Below are positions 16,511 through 31,100 of a stretch of 64,000 nt of DNA, one piece after another. A model generated the notes under the pieces. It worked only from the letters and a program-made list of their open reading frames with translations. It was not told the origin of the DNA and did no database searches. A program made the translations under genes and the position numbers. Each line of letters opens with the position of its first letter. The stretch's first letter is position 1. Source of the stretch: Paraspadella gotoi (Eukaryota > Animalia > Chaetognatha); the NCBI GenBank assembly GCA_051294375.1, contig JBJCIZ010000239.1, forward strand, positions 3,355,989 through 3,419,988, written 5' to 3'.

Positions 16511-18684
16511 TCTCTCTCTCTCTCTCTCTCTGACTCAATGTTAAGAGAAAAATTTGTCTGATTAATCAAACGCTGATGAAGGCTTATACTTAAAGCCGAA
16601 ACATGTCCTATGTAAAAATAAATCGTTGTACATAAACAAATAAACTTTGTCTTTCTCGAATTTTAAATCATAAATACCAAGTTGAAGTTCACTCACGATT
16701 CCAACACTTGTTTGGAGTCCTCTCTGCCGAACTTGAATAGCCTGTAGGGCATGGTCCTTCTATAAACCATCGCTCCGACGTTCGCTTGAATGAAGACGAC
16801 GAGAATATTCATGATGACGATGGCGAATACGGCGTAGACCATCTCGAGGGTGTTGTGCGACGTGATGTCGCCACGCCCATTACCGCAGAGATTGATGACG
16901 AAGTAAAAGGCGCTGCGTCGAATTCAGGAAGGAGGGGGGGGGGAAGAGCAGAGAAGGAGGAAAAGAACTAAAATTAGCTTTGAAACGTTTTGAGGAGACG
17001 GAATAATTGTTTACGAGTTAGCGATAGAACCGTTAAAGGTAAGCAGTAAATCGTAGCAAATCCCAGGCGTTGCGTTCCATCCACAGTCCTAACGACTTCC
17101 CTCTGTGTTGGCAAAGCGAGAACGTCCTAGGGTAACCGCGCCAGTGGCAGGAGACGTCACTGAGGGTCGGAAGCTCCCAAAGCCAACAGTGAGATGCCCG
17201 ATCCCAATGGGCATCACGGGCTACCACCAGAATTTCTTAAATTAAGAATCACGTCGAAACAAACAATTTATCAAAAATCTTTTTTTGAAAAGACAATCAC
17301 CAAATGATTATCAACGAGTTAAACACGAGTTACTAATTACTTTCAAAATTAAAAATTGCCCTTTTGTTTACCCCTTTTGGTTATATTTACGTGAGGTACA
17401 TGTGGAGCCTTGTGTGCACGTTCATGTTAACGTGCGCGATGTACACCCAAGACTTAGGCCGACAGTTCTCGAAAACGAAGCCGCTATCCACACAACCAAT
17501 GGCAGCCCAAATCCCTGCCAGCAGCCCAGTGATGCAGAAAAACGCCACGAAGTAGCTGAGAAGTTTTTGTTCTTATTTAATGAAATGTAAAATCCTAAAT
17601 GTTATAACAATAACGGGACATGAAAGGATACGGCTTAATGTGACAAGACAATACAAAAATACAATAATAAATCAATGCTTATCGTTATATCATCCGAATA
17701 AAACAATTAATAAATTTAATAAAACAATTAATTTTGTTTTAAAAAAAAAAATCTACCTGAGGATGCGCTTGACCAATTTGAGGATCGTTGACGAAGGCTG
17801 CTCCTGTCGTGGATTTCCAAAAAAGTGACGCATCTGAAACAAGTCCGTCCAGATGGGCAGACTGAGCAGGACGCAGTCCAACAACAGCCGCAACTAAAAG
17901 GTCAAGATTTATCCTGCGAGTCATTTATTCGGCGGACCGCTCCAGGCTCTGGGATGCTCCACGCGACCGCTTAGTGGGAAAACGGTCAATGGTGCGTAAT
18001 AGCTGTCCTTTATTCTATTATAGTTTTAACAAATGAGCAACCAACTATAAAGGAAATTATATGCATTTTTAACGTAAGTGGGACAGACCGACGGACAGAT
18101 ATACCGACCGACAGACCGACCGACCGACAAGTGACTTACAGAGTTGCTCCGCGAGTACTTGCGGCGCAACTAATAAGGATTAAGGAGAGCTTAAATATCT
18201 GAAGAGGGATGAGTAGAACATATTGTCCGATAATCCTGGTATAAAGATAAGTTAGATCACCTCGCTAACTCACCCACAACAACCCGGTTTTGTCCATATG
18301 AGTCATCTGATCCTCCAGAACGAAATGGAGGATCCACAACGGCAGGGCCGCCACTACGTCGGCCGGGAAGCGTTTGCGCCTATAGGATAGTGGCGCCAAA
18401 ATTTATTTTAAATTAAAATATTAGAGACAGTTTGAGTTTAGTTTTGACAACGATTTTATTTAATTCAAAAACAGACATGTTTCGGCTTCATTTCAAGCCT
18501 TCATCAGCGTTAGTGAACTTTGAAATATTTTTGTGTAAAGGAAGAGAGAAAGAGAGATAAACAGAGAGAGAGAGAGAGGGCAAAGTTTCCAACACAGAGT
18601 TTAGAAAGGACAGTGGTCAATTGGTGAGGACAGGCTGAAGTTGAGAAAAAGACAGAGTAAGTTGTGAAAAGAAGTGAAATGGTG

Positions 18685-18729
<45 letters not shown>

Positions 18730-19082
18730 CAGTGCAAAATCTTTACATTGTGTAATGTATAACAATAAGAAAAATTTAAACTGATGAATATTAGTGAAGT
18801 ATAATAATTAATCTACTTAATAATTAGTGAGAATGAAACAGGAAATTTGAAATTGAAAGGATAGATTTGAGAGATGAGTTAAATTGAAGTGAAATTGAAA
18901 AGTAAAGATTTCACTTTATTACTTATTAACTCATCTCTCAAATCTATCCTTTCAATTTTAAATTTCCTGTTTCATTCTCACTAATTATTAAGTAGATTAA
19001 TTGTTATACTTCACTAATATTCATCAATTTAAATTTTTCTTATTGTTATACATTACACAATGTAAAGATTTTGCACTGTTTT

Positions 19083-19116
<34 letters not shown>

Positions 19117-22100
19117 TTTTTCACTATTTCACTTCTTTTCACAACTTACTCTGTCTTTTTCTCAACTTCAGCCTGTCCTGACCAATTGACCACTGTCCTT
19201 TCTAAACTCTGTGTTGGAAACTTTGCCCTCTCTCTCTCTCTGTTTATCTCTCTTTCTCTCTTCCTTTACACAAAAATATTTCAAAGTTCACTATCGCTGA
19301 TGAAGGCTTGAAATGAAGCCGAAACATGTCTGTTTTTGAATTAAATAAAATCGTTGTCAAAACTAAACGCAAACTGTCTCTAATCGTCCCAAACAACGAA
19401 AAGAAAGGATTTATATCACAATTAAAATATTAAAAAAATTAAAATTATTATAATAAACAATATGTTGTGGACGAACAACCATAACACACAACCTCGGTCA
19501 AACCAACTGACCTTAGTTTCGCCCTTACCCTCGATTGTTTTGCTCTTCTCCTTACGGTCAAACTTTGACCTTGTCAATATCATTGTTATAGACTTAGCAT
19601 CTGAGCCTTTTGACTGTTATTGTTATTTTACTATGTTGAAGAATAAATCTTTCTTACTCTCAAACTTGTTGCGTCCACAATTTATAAAAAAATAGACTAT
19701 CATTATTGATGTGTTAATCCTTTCTTTTTCCTTGTTGTTTAGTATTTAGAGAAAAGCAAAGTGTTTTACAACCGCCCGCCTATAAATTACTTTCTTTCAC
19801 ATTTCAAATTTCACTTAACTAACTAACACTTAGCTAATTGCTTATTTATTCATTAATTAACTGTTAAATTTTCACGAATATTTAGTTTTTCAAACTCTTT
19901 TATCTTTGTTGTACATTGTAAAAATGTATCTTTATATATTTATCTCTGTTGTTTCTCTCTCTCTCTCTCTCTAAAACAAGTTTTACTTCTTTTCACATCT
20001 CACATCTGACCACTATTCTGTTGGAAAACTTTTACCCTCTCTCTCTCTCGCACTCTTCTTTTGCACAAACTTTTTCATTGATTGTCAAACGCTTATGAAG
20101 GCTTGAAACAGCAAGCCGAAACACGACCCTCTCTTAAAAATAAAATCGTTGTATAAATCTGGAGATACTCTCAAGCAAAAAAAAGGCTCAGGGCGGCCAA
20201 GAAAACTCACGGCAAGACAGTCCCGCACCATTGTAAAAGGAATGGAAAATAAAGTTAGTATGGTGGACTAAAATCCACCAACCATTCATCAGAGGCCATT
20301 GGTGCCGGAGGCAAGTCATTCGCCTCCCAACCCAAAGGTCCGGGGTTCTAGCCCGGTGGTCGCCTAGCAGTTAAGAGGGACGGGGCGCTTAACCCGCCTG
20401 TAACATGGTGTTACAGCCTGATCTAAAGCTCAGGGACTGCTTACATTGAATGGTTCTGTCACTAACACATAACAATAATTTCTGTCTCTTCATTGGTGAG
20501 TCCGACTTCCGAACACAACAGCAACAACAACACTTTCAGGCGACATGCCTCAACCTGGCGATGCACTTTCCGCCCACAACACATCAGGCGACATGCCTCA
20601 ACTTGGTGATGAACTTTCCGCCAACAACAACAATTCACTGAGAGATGCAACAGACTTCTCCCTACAGGAGGGGGGGATGTATGGTGGACTAAAATCCACC
20701 AACCATTCATCAGCGGCCATTGGTGCCGGAGGCAAGTCATTCGCCTCCCAACCCAAAGGTCCGGGGTTCTAGCCTGGTGGTCGCCTAGCAGTTATGAGGG
20801 ACGGGGCGCTTAACCCGCCTGATCCGAAGCTCAGGGACTGCTTACATTGAATGGTTCCGTCACTAACACATAACAATAATTACTGTCTCTTCATTAGGTT
20901 TTTTACGAGAAAGCTGGCGTCTCGATTGAAGGTCCCTACGTCACATTTCACTAGAAAATCGTGACTTTTTTTGGTTCAACTTGTTCGTCTGTATTTAGTT
21001 AGTGTTTATTAGTATTAAAAAATTATATTTTGTATTTATATTTACAATAAAATGTTATAAACCCATTCGAGCTTTTGTCTCAATAATTATGTGTCAACAC
21101 GTTATTTAAATGTATTCATCGAGCAAACGTTCTAGCCTGTAGTGGCTCCAAATTTGTTGGGCGTCGACGACGATCCTCTTCTCCTTCTGATCGAAGTAGG
21201 CCATGTGGACGCGGAGGAGCATCTCGATGATCGTTATGACGTTGCAGACGACCAGGAGGAAGACGAGGGCGCCCGTGAGGGAGGTGTATTCGATGGAGAA
21301 GTGAATGATCGTCTCGTTGATGTAAAACGGGTACACGATCGATTTGAGAAAGACGGAAAAGATGAGGAAGATGTTGAGCGGATTCTCACTGGAGGCGGAG
21401 ATGTGGAAAGAAAATTTAGGGTTTTATTTTTCCTGTTTTCTATTTTCTCTCTCTCTCTCTCTCTCTCCCGATCATTAATTTTGTGGGCCTAATTTTTTTT
21501 CTTTCTGGAAAACAAGTAAAAACTAAACTACATATTGAAATTCAATAAAAACAAAAGACACTAACGTTTAAAATCATTAATTTAGTGCTTAAAGCTCGGC
21601 ATGTTCTATAATTGAGTGTGTTTTCTCTCTCTCTCTCTCTCCCTCTCTCTCCGCCAAAGTCTACTTGGGATAAATAATCTTCATGCGACAAAGCATTCTT
21701 CTTTCCTTGATTAAAGACGCTGAGTTGAACGATTGCTCGTAGTTGGTCTTCGTCGCAATAATATCGATGGTTTCCGCGCATTTTTCTTTCAACATCAAAA
21801 TGACGGGCTCGAACTTGTCCGGATAATGCGACATCACGTCCTAATTGGACCGTAATGACCATAAATGATTTTTAAAAAGTTTCCATCAGAGTAAAATATA
21901 GATTATCTTAGTCGGATCTGCTTATCAGCGGATTCCGACTCTATAATTCACTTTGTCGGTCCCACCCCAATAATATTGTCGGTAAATCATTTTTATCATA
22001 TCAGAACATCGAATTAAATAAAATGATGTCCGTCCGTCTGTCTGTCGGTACTTAAGTAACATCGCTTTAAGAAGTGGAAATCAACAATGAACAAACGATC

Positions 22101-25100
22101 TTGAACTGACATTTTTTTTTAATGAATTTTTTAAAAAATAATTTTACTGACAAGATAACTATGTTACAAATTTTGGGTTTTATGCTATGATCTGTTGTAA
22201 TATGTAATGATCACAAATTAAAAGACTTATTATGATTGTCAGTTGGTTAGCTGCTTACCATTAAATTATCATAGGCAGATCCGACATTGTTTGCTCAAAC
22301 TAATTTTTTCAGATAGATATCATTATTCTTTTATTAATTGTCTTGATATTCGCTTTAAATTTCTAAAATGAAAGCTTTCACGTCTCATATTCAGTTATCA
22401 TAAGGTAACATATCAAAATGTCCTAAAACGTCAAAATTTAGAAAACTAACATAATAATTATTAATATTATTAATTTTTATTTATTAATGTTATTATTAAT
22501 AATATTATCAATATCATCAAAGAGTACAAACATTGAACAAACATTCCCCTAACCGCCCTAACCATAATACTCTCGAAGGGCAGAACGAGAACGACGCAAT
22601 GATCGACCGCCTTCAACGACCCGCTCCAAACGTGGATGAAGGCCTCGAGGTCGGAGCCGACGCGCTCTTCGGGGCAACCAACGCAGGTGCCGACGCCCAT
22701 TACCACGTCGACACTGATTGGCACCGACTTGGACTCGCGCGTCAAGCTTCGTTTCGATCGGTTGCTCATCATCTCTTTGTCTTCACTTTTTTTTGGGGGG
22801 GTTGGGTGGGTGTTAAAATTGTTGATAATGTCGAAAACGTATTAAATTATTAATTATAGGGAAAAAAATTTACTTTCGCGGACCGGGGTTTTGGTGTCTT
22901 TTGAAAAACCGCTTAAAAATACTTATTTAAAAAAAAACAAACTTTAAAACAAGAACAGTGATTCCAATGTGTTGCGCCGCTGTGAGTTTATTTTCTCATG
23001 CATTTTCTTTTGATCACATGATATGACATGACATGACTAAGAACCTTTCTTAGCCTTTATATTTATGTAATGCACTGCATCGAAATTCCATCTTTATTCC
23101 TTATAGTTTTAGGATTTTCTGAAGTAGGGGGAGGAGCAATACTTAAAATTAAACTATTTTATTTATTATCCCAGCGGGGACGTTTTTAAATGACGTAGTA
23201 GTATAATTACAAGATTTTTAAGCGCCATTCAGCCTAATGAAATTACCCTATTCTTTGCGCCATTCGAATAAATCTACTGTAATATGCAAATTAGGTCGAA
23301 CAAAACAAAAATTATAAAAATTGGAAGTTTTAGATCAATTATGATAAATAAACTAGTTCAAAGTAATCTATACTAGCTAACTAACCTCTAAATTACCAAC
23401 TTTTTTGAAATAATTATTATCTAAATAGACTAATTACCTGACTCCTAGCTATGTAATTTCCTTTCTTTTCGTTGCGTTTCGGAATTTGTATACCAAGCAG
23501 AGATTTTTTATTTTAACTCCTAGCAAAAAACTAAACAGCAAATTTATTTCAAATATTATTGCTAACAAGAGAATTAAGACGTCATAAAATGAAGAACATT
23601 AACAAAGTCATTCATTTCAAATGTTTTCTATATGTATCTTTGTCAAAGTAACTAAGTCATTTTTTTGGGAAAGGAAGCGAAAGAATTACGTGGGTATAAA
23701 ACTTTCAAATACAGTCTTTGTTTTATTTCTTTCATTTCGTTGCGTAGGTAGTAATAAAGTAAAGTTTTTATTTTTATTTTATATAATGAATGTAATTAGT
23801 ATGAAAAACGGACACGTTTTGGCTATATTGTTAGCCTTCTTTTCTCTTTCTCTCTTACCATTACTTTCAAATCAAAATTTTGTGCTGATGAAGGCTTACA
23901 ATATAGCCGAGACATTTCCGTTTTTCATGCTAATTCCATTTGTTGTATGAAATAAAAATAAAAACTTTTTACTTTAAATACAGTCTTTCAATTTTCTCAC
24001 CTTCGAAAACAGCACTAGCTACATAAACTATCTTCCTCTGTGAAAAGTTTTTTTTCTTTTCACACCTGCAGCGACGAGCATTCGATGTAGTCTGTTTGGA
24101 ATGTTAACATAGGCTCAAAACCACATTGCCCTCGTTATTCATGATTTGTGTCTTCAAAAATATAAGATTTTATGAATTTATTCGTGATTTTCACTTTTCT
24201 CAAGATTTGGAGAGTAAAAAAAAAATCCGGATCACCGGACGGCCGATCTTGAATTCTCAAACTGGCTGGCATAGAAAACCAACCAATTTTTCTACACTAA
24301 AAACTACAAAAATTGCTGCGAAAGTCAAGATTAAAAAAAAAAATCTAAACAAAACATAATAAAAAATCGTTCAGTAAATGGTCAGTCTTTTCACGTAACA
24401 TTATATGACAATTTCTAGTCACTTTTCAAGTCGCTGGCTGTAGAATAACTTAACCGAATCACAAAAATCAGCACAAATGATTTCCCCTCGGTCATTTTAC
24501 TCTCTCCCTCTCTTTTTCCTACCTCAATTTAAACTGACCCCGTATGATCACGTCTCTTTTCCCCGGGTCAACGTTAACATTCTCATGAGGCCTATGAAAA
24601 GTTCATAATTGTTTTTTATACTCTGCAAAACAGAGTTTTTCTATAGAGCAAAATCTGATAATATTTTCTCATTCAAAACCGTCATTTAATTTTCGCCATT
24701 TATCTCTAATAAAATCCCTTGATTTACATCCAAGATTTCCGCGTATGCGGAACCACAACAAGAGTGTATGTCCAACATTTATTTCTTCAATATTATGGCT
24801 CCGTTCTTCGATCGGCGACATTTTTTAAAACTTTTTCTCTCACATTCTCCCCTCTCGAAAAACGCACGATCACGCAAGAGATCGTACAGGCTTGAGGTTT
24901 TTTTTAATCATTAGTTAAAATTGATCATTCGTAAAGAATCAAATTTAAAAAACTTGTCGGCCTTTAGGAACCGTAGTTTTTACTGTAAAAAATGTTTATT
25001 ATTTTCTATGCCTCGAGGGTCGCGCGTTCGATGCGTCGGCCGTAGGATGAATAGGCTTTAAAAACAGATTTAACATGGAGCAAGGATTTTTAAATCTTAA

Positions 25101-28100
25101 AGAATGTAAATGTTGAATAAATGACGAATAAATCGTGAATAAGTTTTTCATAGAGAATAAATGAATGGCCAAATAAATGTTATATAAAAAAATTGTTTTG
25201 AAAATCCTTAGATTCCGTAAAAACTATGGTTTCATACGGCCGATCTTTTACTGATAAACGATTATGATAAAAAAAAGACAGGTTTGAAAAGGTCAACTGA
25301 AACGACCGAGGAAAAATGACCGGTCCCAAAATCTTTCAATTACTTAATAATTATTTCTCTAATTAAAGGCAGAATAATCAGAAAACTTTTTATTTGTTTA
25401 CAAACAACGATTTATTTAAACAAAAATGTTTTGGCTCTAATTGCAAGACTTTATCAGCGAGAAATACGTAGATTGTAATAAAAATTTTTGAGAGAGAGAA
25501 AGGAAAAAAGAGAGAGAGATACAAATAAAGTTTAAACAAAAAAATTTAGAGAGGAGAGATATAAGAGATGAGGACAGCTGAACATAAGGTCAGATAGGAA
25601 TGAAAGAACAATGTTGCACCGAATTGTATGTCTCCAAGAGGCATAAAGCATAACGAACATAAGATGGGAGGCGTTTTTACGATCTTTTCCTAGATGTTAG
25701 ATGTTACTTCAGTATCTAAAATTTAAATGTTCAAGTAAAATTTAAGAACTTGAAAACATTTTTTTAACAAAACAATTAAAGACTCTTAAAGAGCCTTTTG
25801 TTTTCAGATAGTTCCGCCTAGGTAAATAACAAAGAAATAAAAAGATAGAAAAAAATCATATTAATTTAATCGTTTTAAATTGTGCGCAAAGAATTGTCAG
25901 CATATTTCGTTCAATTGTTTATGGTAATTATTTTATAAAATGTTAGTTACGTCTAAAATTTACGTTCCCGCTGGAATCGAGCGGTGCTCCGACCCCTATC
26001 TTGAAGGCGGCGCGAGCAGTCCCTTAGATTTGAGGTTTTTTCCTATCTTAATAATCTTAATAATATTGCATTGCATATAATCATCGCAGATGGAATTGGA
26101 ACCAAAAATGGAATCGGATCCGCGACTCGGGTAAAATCTACCGAGGACTCTCTGATTGGATGAATCATTGTCGGAATCGAACCAATGAGAAGACAGATCG
26201 ATGGACAGACATACCGACCAAAAAGTGACTTATAGAGTTGCTACGCGAGTACTCGCGGCGCAACTAATAATTATTACCTAATTGTCCTAACCCTAAACTC
26301 TCTTTACCCTTACCACCCCTAACCACCCTTAACCCTTAACCCTAAACCCTCCCCCTAACCCCGGTCGGCGAAAGTAAAATTATGCCTTTTGCCTAATTAT
26401 TAAGGCGTAGTAAAATTCCTAAATTTAACTTTAATTAAAATTCTAAAAGTGAGAAATGAACAACACTATACTAATGAACATTTATGTAATAAAAAAATTT
26501 AGAATAAATTTTACAATTTACGCAGTAGGCCTTATTATTATTCTAGTACTAAACTAATAAATGTTAAAATTTCAAAACAGTTTTTTCTAAGATTTTTTTA
26601 TAGATTTGGATTCGTCATAAAAAGTTGATAAAAAGAAATATAACTTTTTTTGAAAAATTCCTTTATTAAGTGGGTCAAAAATTAAAAAAAGCTATATTTT
26701 AAGCTGAAAATTAACTTTTTATATATTAAATTTAGTTTTTTTAATTTTTAACCCACTTAATGAAAGAATTTTTAAAAATGATTTATATTTTCTTTTATCA
26801 ACTTTTGACGAGGAATTCAAATCTGCAATCAAAATTAAGAAAAGCCTATTTTAAAATTTTTCGATTTTATAAGGATATTACTATATATAAAATTAAAAAA
26901 CATAAAATTTTTTTTTTACAAATTAATGTTCACTGATGGTATGTTGTTCATAATTGACTTTTAGAATCTTCATATGTAACTTTCACTACGCCTTAATAAT
27001 TATGTTTATTGTTATTTACCTAAGAGTCTTTTCTTTTTTCGCTTTTTTCCCCCGGCCGGTCAACGTTACCCTTCCTTCCTTTACGATCATGAAGCTCGCC
27101 ATTATGTCTCCGTCGCGAATCACTAGTTCTCCCTGAGAGAATGATATGGATTTAAGGAGAGATTTAAAAATTAAAATATTAAAGATTTAAATTTTTATAT
27201 TAAAAATAATGTTGATTTGATTTGAAGAGAGATTTAAAAATTAAAATATTAAAGATTTAAATTTTTATATTAAAAATAATGTTGATTTGCCCCATGGTCC
27301 AATTGATCAAGCTTTTAAAAAAAGAAATAAAAATAATAATAATATCAACCCTGACAATAACGATTAAAATAATTATTACTAATAAATTCTCACTTGCGGT
27401 ACTATTTTCTCTCTCAGATTGCTGGCGAGCAGTTTGAGCTGGCCGAGGGAGAATTGCTCGTATATTCCCATCTGCTTGAACAACTTCTCGCACGATTTGT
27501 ACATAATGTCTTGAAAAAGGACGGCGGGAAGTTTGGTCTTCTGTTCGTAGAGAATGTTGCATTTAGAGGCCGTCTGCATTTCCTCTGAATGCTCCACTTT
27601 CTTGGCCGTATCCTTTTCCACTTTGTAGTTGCGCATGTACTAAAAAAACAACAACGGTAATTCCAAAGCGTTGCGCCGCGGTGACTTCATTTTCACGTCT
27701 ATTTCCCTTTGATCACATGATATGACATGACATGACTAAAATACTTTTTTGCCCGTGTATTTATGACATGCGCTGCATCAAAATTTCCGTCTTTTATTCT
27801 TTATAGTTTTAGGAATTCCCGAAGGTGGCGCTAGCAGGTTTTTTTTTTCTGCCTTAACAAAAGAGCAACCAACTATTTTAGCACCCGAATCTCGTTTCTG
27901 AATCGACAGTAAAGATCGTAGTTGACGATATCCTCGTCGATTATTGGCGAAGCGAACTGCGCCAGGATCAGCGACTTCATGATGCTGGAGAGGAGAAGAA
28001 CGAAGAGTTGACCCACGCAGTCTTTCCAGTCGTAAGGGGCGACGTCCCCGAACCCCACTCCGTAGCAGAACACCACTGTGCGGGCGCGGGGTTTTTGAAG

Positions 28101-31100
28101 GATAAAACGACTGGGTGGAAAAAAGACGACAAAGACTTTTACGATTTAGTCATTGGCAAAGTAGCTTATTTATTGAATTGAATAATTTTTATAATTTCAT
28201 AAATTTTTTTATTTAATTTTAGATATTTATATGATTTTTATATTGGTGGTACCAATTTCATACGTGACAATTGAAAACGATTTGACCGCTTCAGCTGCCA
28301 CAATATTTTTTTTTTTTTTCGTGGCGCAAAAACCGATGCCAATTGTAAATTTAAATTTTTTTCGCGCAAGTCGACGCTGAGACCAAGTCGACATAAACAA
28401 AAAAAAAAATAATAGAATAAGAATTTTAGTCATAATAAGAATAAATAAAACTGACGAATATCCTTGTTAAATTTTTATTTGTTACGAGATAGTCTCTCGG
28501 TTGTTTGATGCCCTTTTTATTATTGAATTCGTATTTTTGTTGCTTACGAAGTATCTGATTGATCAAGTATTTTAAAAGTCGCTCTCTGATTGGTTAGTCC
28601 TTATGATTGTGCCTTAACCAAAGATATAAAAGAGATGTGCTTACCTAAAACTAAGAGGATAAGTTACCAATGATTCGTGACAGTCGGTAAGCATTTAAAA
28701 TGATATTTTGTAATTTTATGGTTAAGCTTAAAGTTGACTATTTTTAATAAGTTCTTATTTTTTTTGTATCTTTAGAAATAGTCTCCCTTCTACTTGCTTC
28801 ACGTCTCACGCTCATGTTATGTCTACTACAATAAATATTACTAAATTTACATTCTTTGAATCTCTATAAATAAATAGCAAGTCAGAAAACACTAGCTCGC
28901 TCACGGCGTTACGGTAAAATCCTCAATAATCCTTAAAATTGAAATTGAACTAACAACGGGACGACAACAGCGCTCCTCTTTTTTTTACCCGACCAATAAA
29001 CGGCCATGAGATAGTAGGTCGACCAACTGAGACACTCTGTCTCCAGCTCGAGAAAGGGAATCCCTTGGTCGAACATCGTCGCGGGAGTCCCGGCGAAAAA
29101 GTCCCCCTCGAACCAACTGCTGAAGCGGAGCTCGCAATAATGATCACGCGCGTGGCACTTTCTGGTGGGGGGGGGGTTCATTTCGAAAGGGTTGGGGGGG
29201 AGGATAAAGGGTTCATAGTTTGCGCTGAGTTATGATGAAACTACATCGTCAAGGGTTCAGGCCGCCAAGATACTTTGTTTCTCCAGTCGTGACGCGGTTT
29301 CTCATTGGGTAAAGTTATAGATCAGATCACGACGACGAGGCGTAGCGTTCAATCCCAACCTGCATACCTGCCCTATGGTAAGTTAAGGCGCCATGTTGTC
29401 GTTGTGACCCCCCCCCCAAGCTTGATTCCAAGCCCGTGACTCGTTTCATGGTTGCAAGACGAGGTTAAACTAAAACCCACTTAGAGCCTTATCCACACTA
29501 CTACTTAGTAGATTATTATTAAACTAAAGTCGCACACCCGAACGCGTTGGGTCGGAGATCGATTTGCACGAAACCAAGTTCTAAATTGTGCGTCACATTT
29601 TCCTCACATACCATTAGTAACAAGTCCCTGTGGGGATATTCTGGAATAAAAAAAGTATTATAACATTAATGTTTGTAAAATTTTATTTCATAATTTTTTG
29701 AAAATAAAAAAAATAATGACAGAAAGTCAAGGCTTTTCAAAAAGTTTAAACAATAGAGACCTCAAATATACATCCCTGTTTATTGTATAAGTCTTATCAC
29801 TTAGTTACCGAATTCAAGTTGAAATTTCAGACGTTCCAAACCCGGTTTCTTCTTTTCCAATTCACTTTTGAAGTAGTCTCGAACGAATCAAAATTTCAAT
29901 ATTAACAAATAATTTAAAAAATAATAATAATAATTCAAAATTTTTCGTGGTGAGACGTTTGTAATTGCATGTAATATATTTAATGTACTTAACAGGACCA
30001 AAAACTACCTGGATAGTTCTCCTGTATGCATATTACACTTGTAAACTTATCAAGTAAATCTTCATTTAACATGTCACTTTTAGAATCAAAAAAGGCAAAT
30101 CTGAAAAAAATTTTTACAAAAATAGATTACTATACTTATTATTACTTAATATACAGACCCAGATTTCCAGTAAGATAAAAGACAAGTTATTATGTACAAT
30201 TTGTACATTAATGTGAAAATAATATAATTTTAGAAAATTAAAATTTAGTATATAGAACATGAAAATAAAAACCAATAAAAATACTTGCAAAAAGTTGATA
30301 TAAGAAAGTATAATTTAAAAAAAAATTATTTCATTAAGTTGGTCAAAAATGTAAAAAGCTATATTTAAAACGCCGATTTCCAGCTTAAAAATATATTTTT
30401 TTGTAATTTTAACCTACTATAAGACATAATTTTTTAAAAATATTTATGGAGAAAAACAATTTTTATTTGTTTTGGTTCAACGAATTTTCAATTTTCAATT
30501 TTCAACAAACTGTTGTCAAATAAAATTTGTTGAACCAAAACAAATAAAAATTGTTTTTCTTCCTAAATTCGAAACGCAACGAAATTGAAAGTCTATACAC
30601 AATGAAAAACATTTATATTTCTTTTTTCAACTTTTAATAAGGAATCTGAATCTGTTCTCTGCGGCGACGTCAACAACAACAACGACAACAACCGCGACAA
30701 TGAAACTGACCTTAAATCAACCTAACCTTTACTATTGTTTAGCGTTTTCCCTTATTTCTTACTTACCATTGTTTTGTCTTTTACATCTCAGAATTTTAAA
30801 AAAACCATTTTGAAATTTTGACATTATATAAGGGTAGCACTATATACAAAATAAGCTGACTGGGCTTTTTTGTGAAAAAAGAAAAATAACTACAGATTAG
30901 TATTCACTAATATGAAAGTTTTCAAGATATAACTGCTAAATTTTGATTTCAAACTTTCACTTCACCCTAATGTACTTTGTACAATGAACAGTCATCAAAT
31001 ATTTTTTTCTCTACCAGTTACAACTGAGCAGGAACCAAGAATTCAATAAGTCAAGAAACAATTGATTGATTGATTGCTACTAATCATTTACCTCCATTCA

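Noticed and set aside
20713-20784. Functional tRNA gene
   Set aside because: The anticodon and D stems do not pair properly and the unit is embedded in LTRs; treated as tRNA-derived.
25965-26027. Possible tRNA-Sec-like sequence on the minus strand (CTTCAAG loop, TCGATTCC)
   Set aside because: No convincing anticodon or acceptor stem could be folded.
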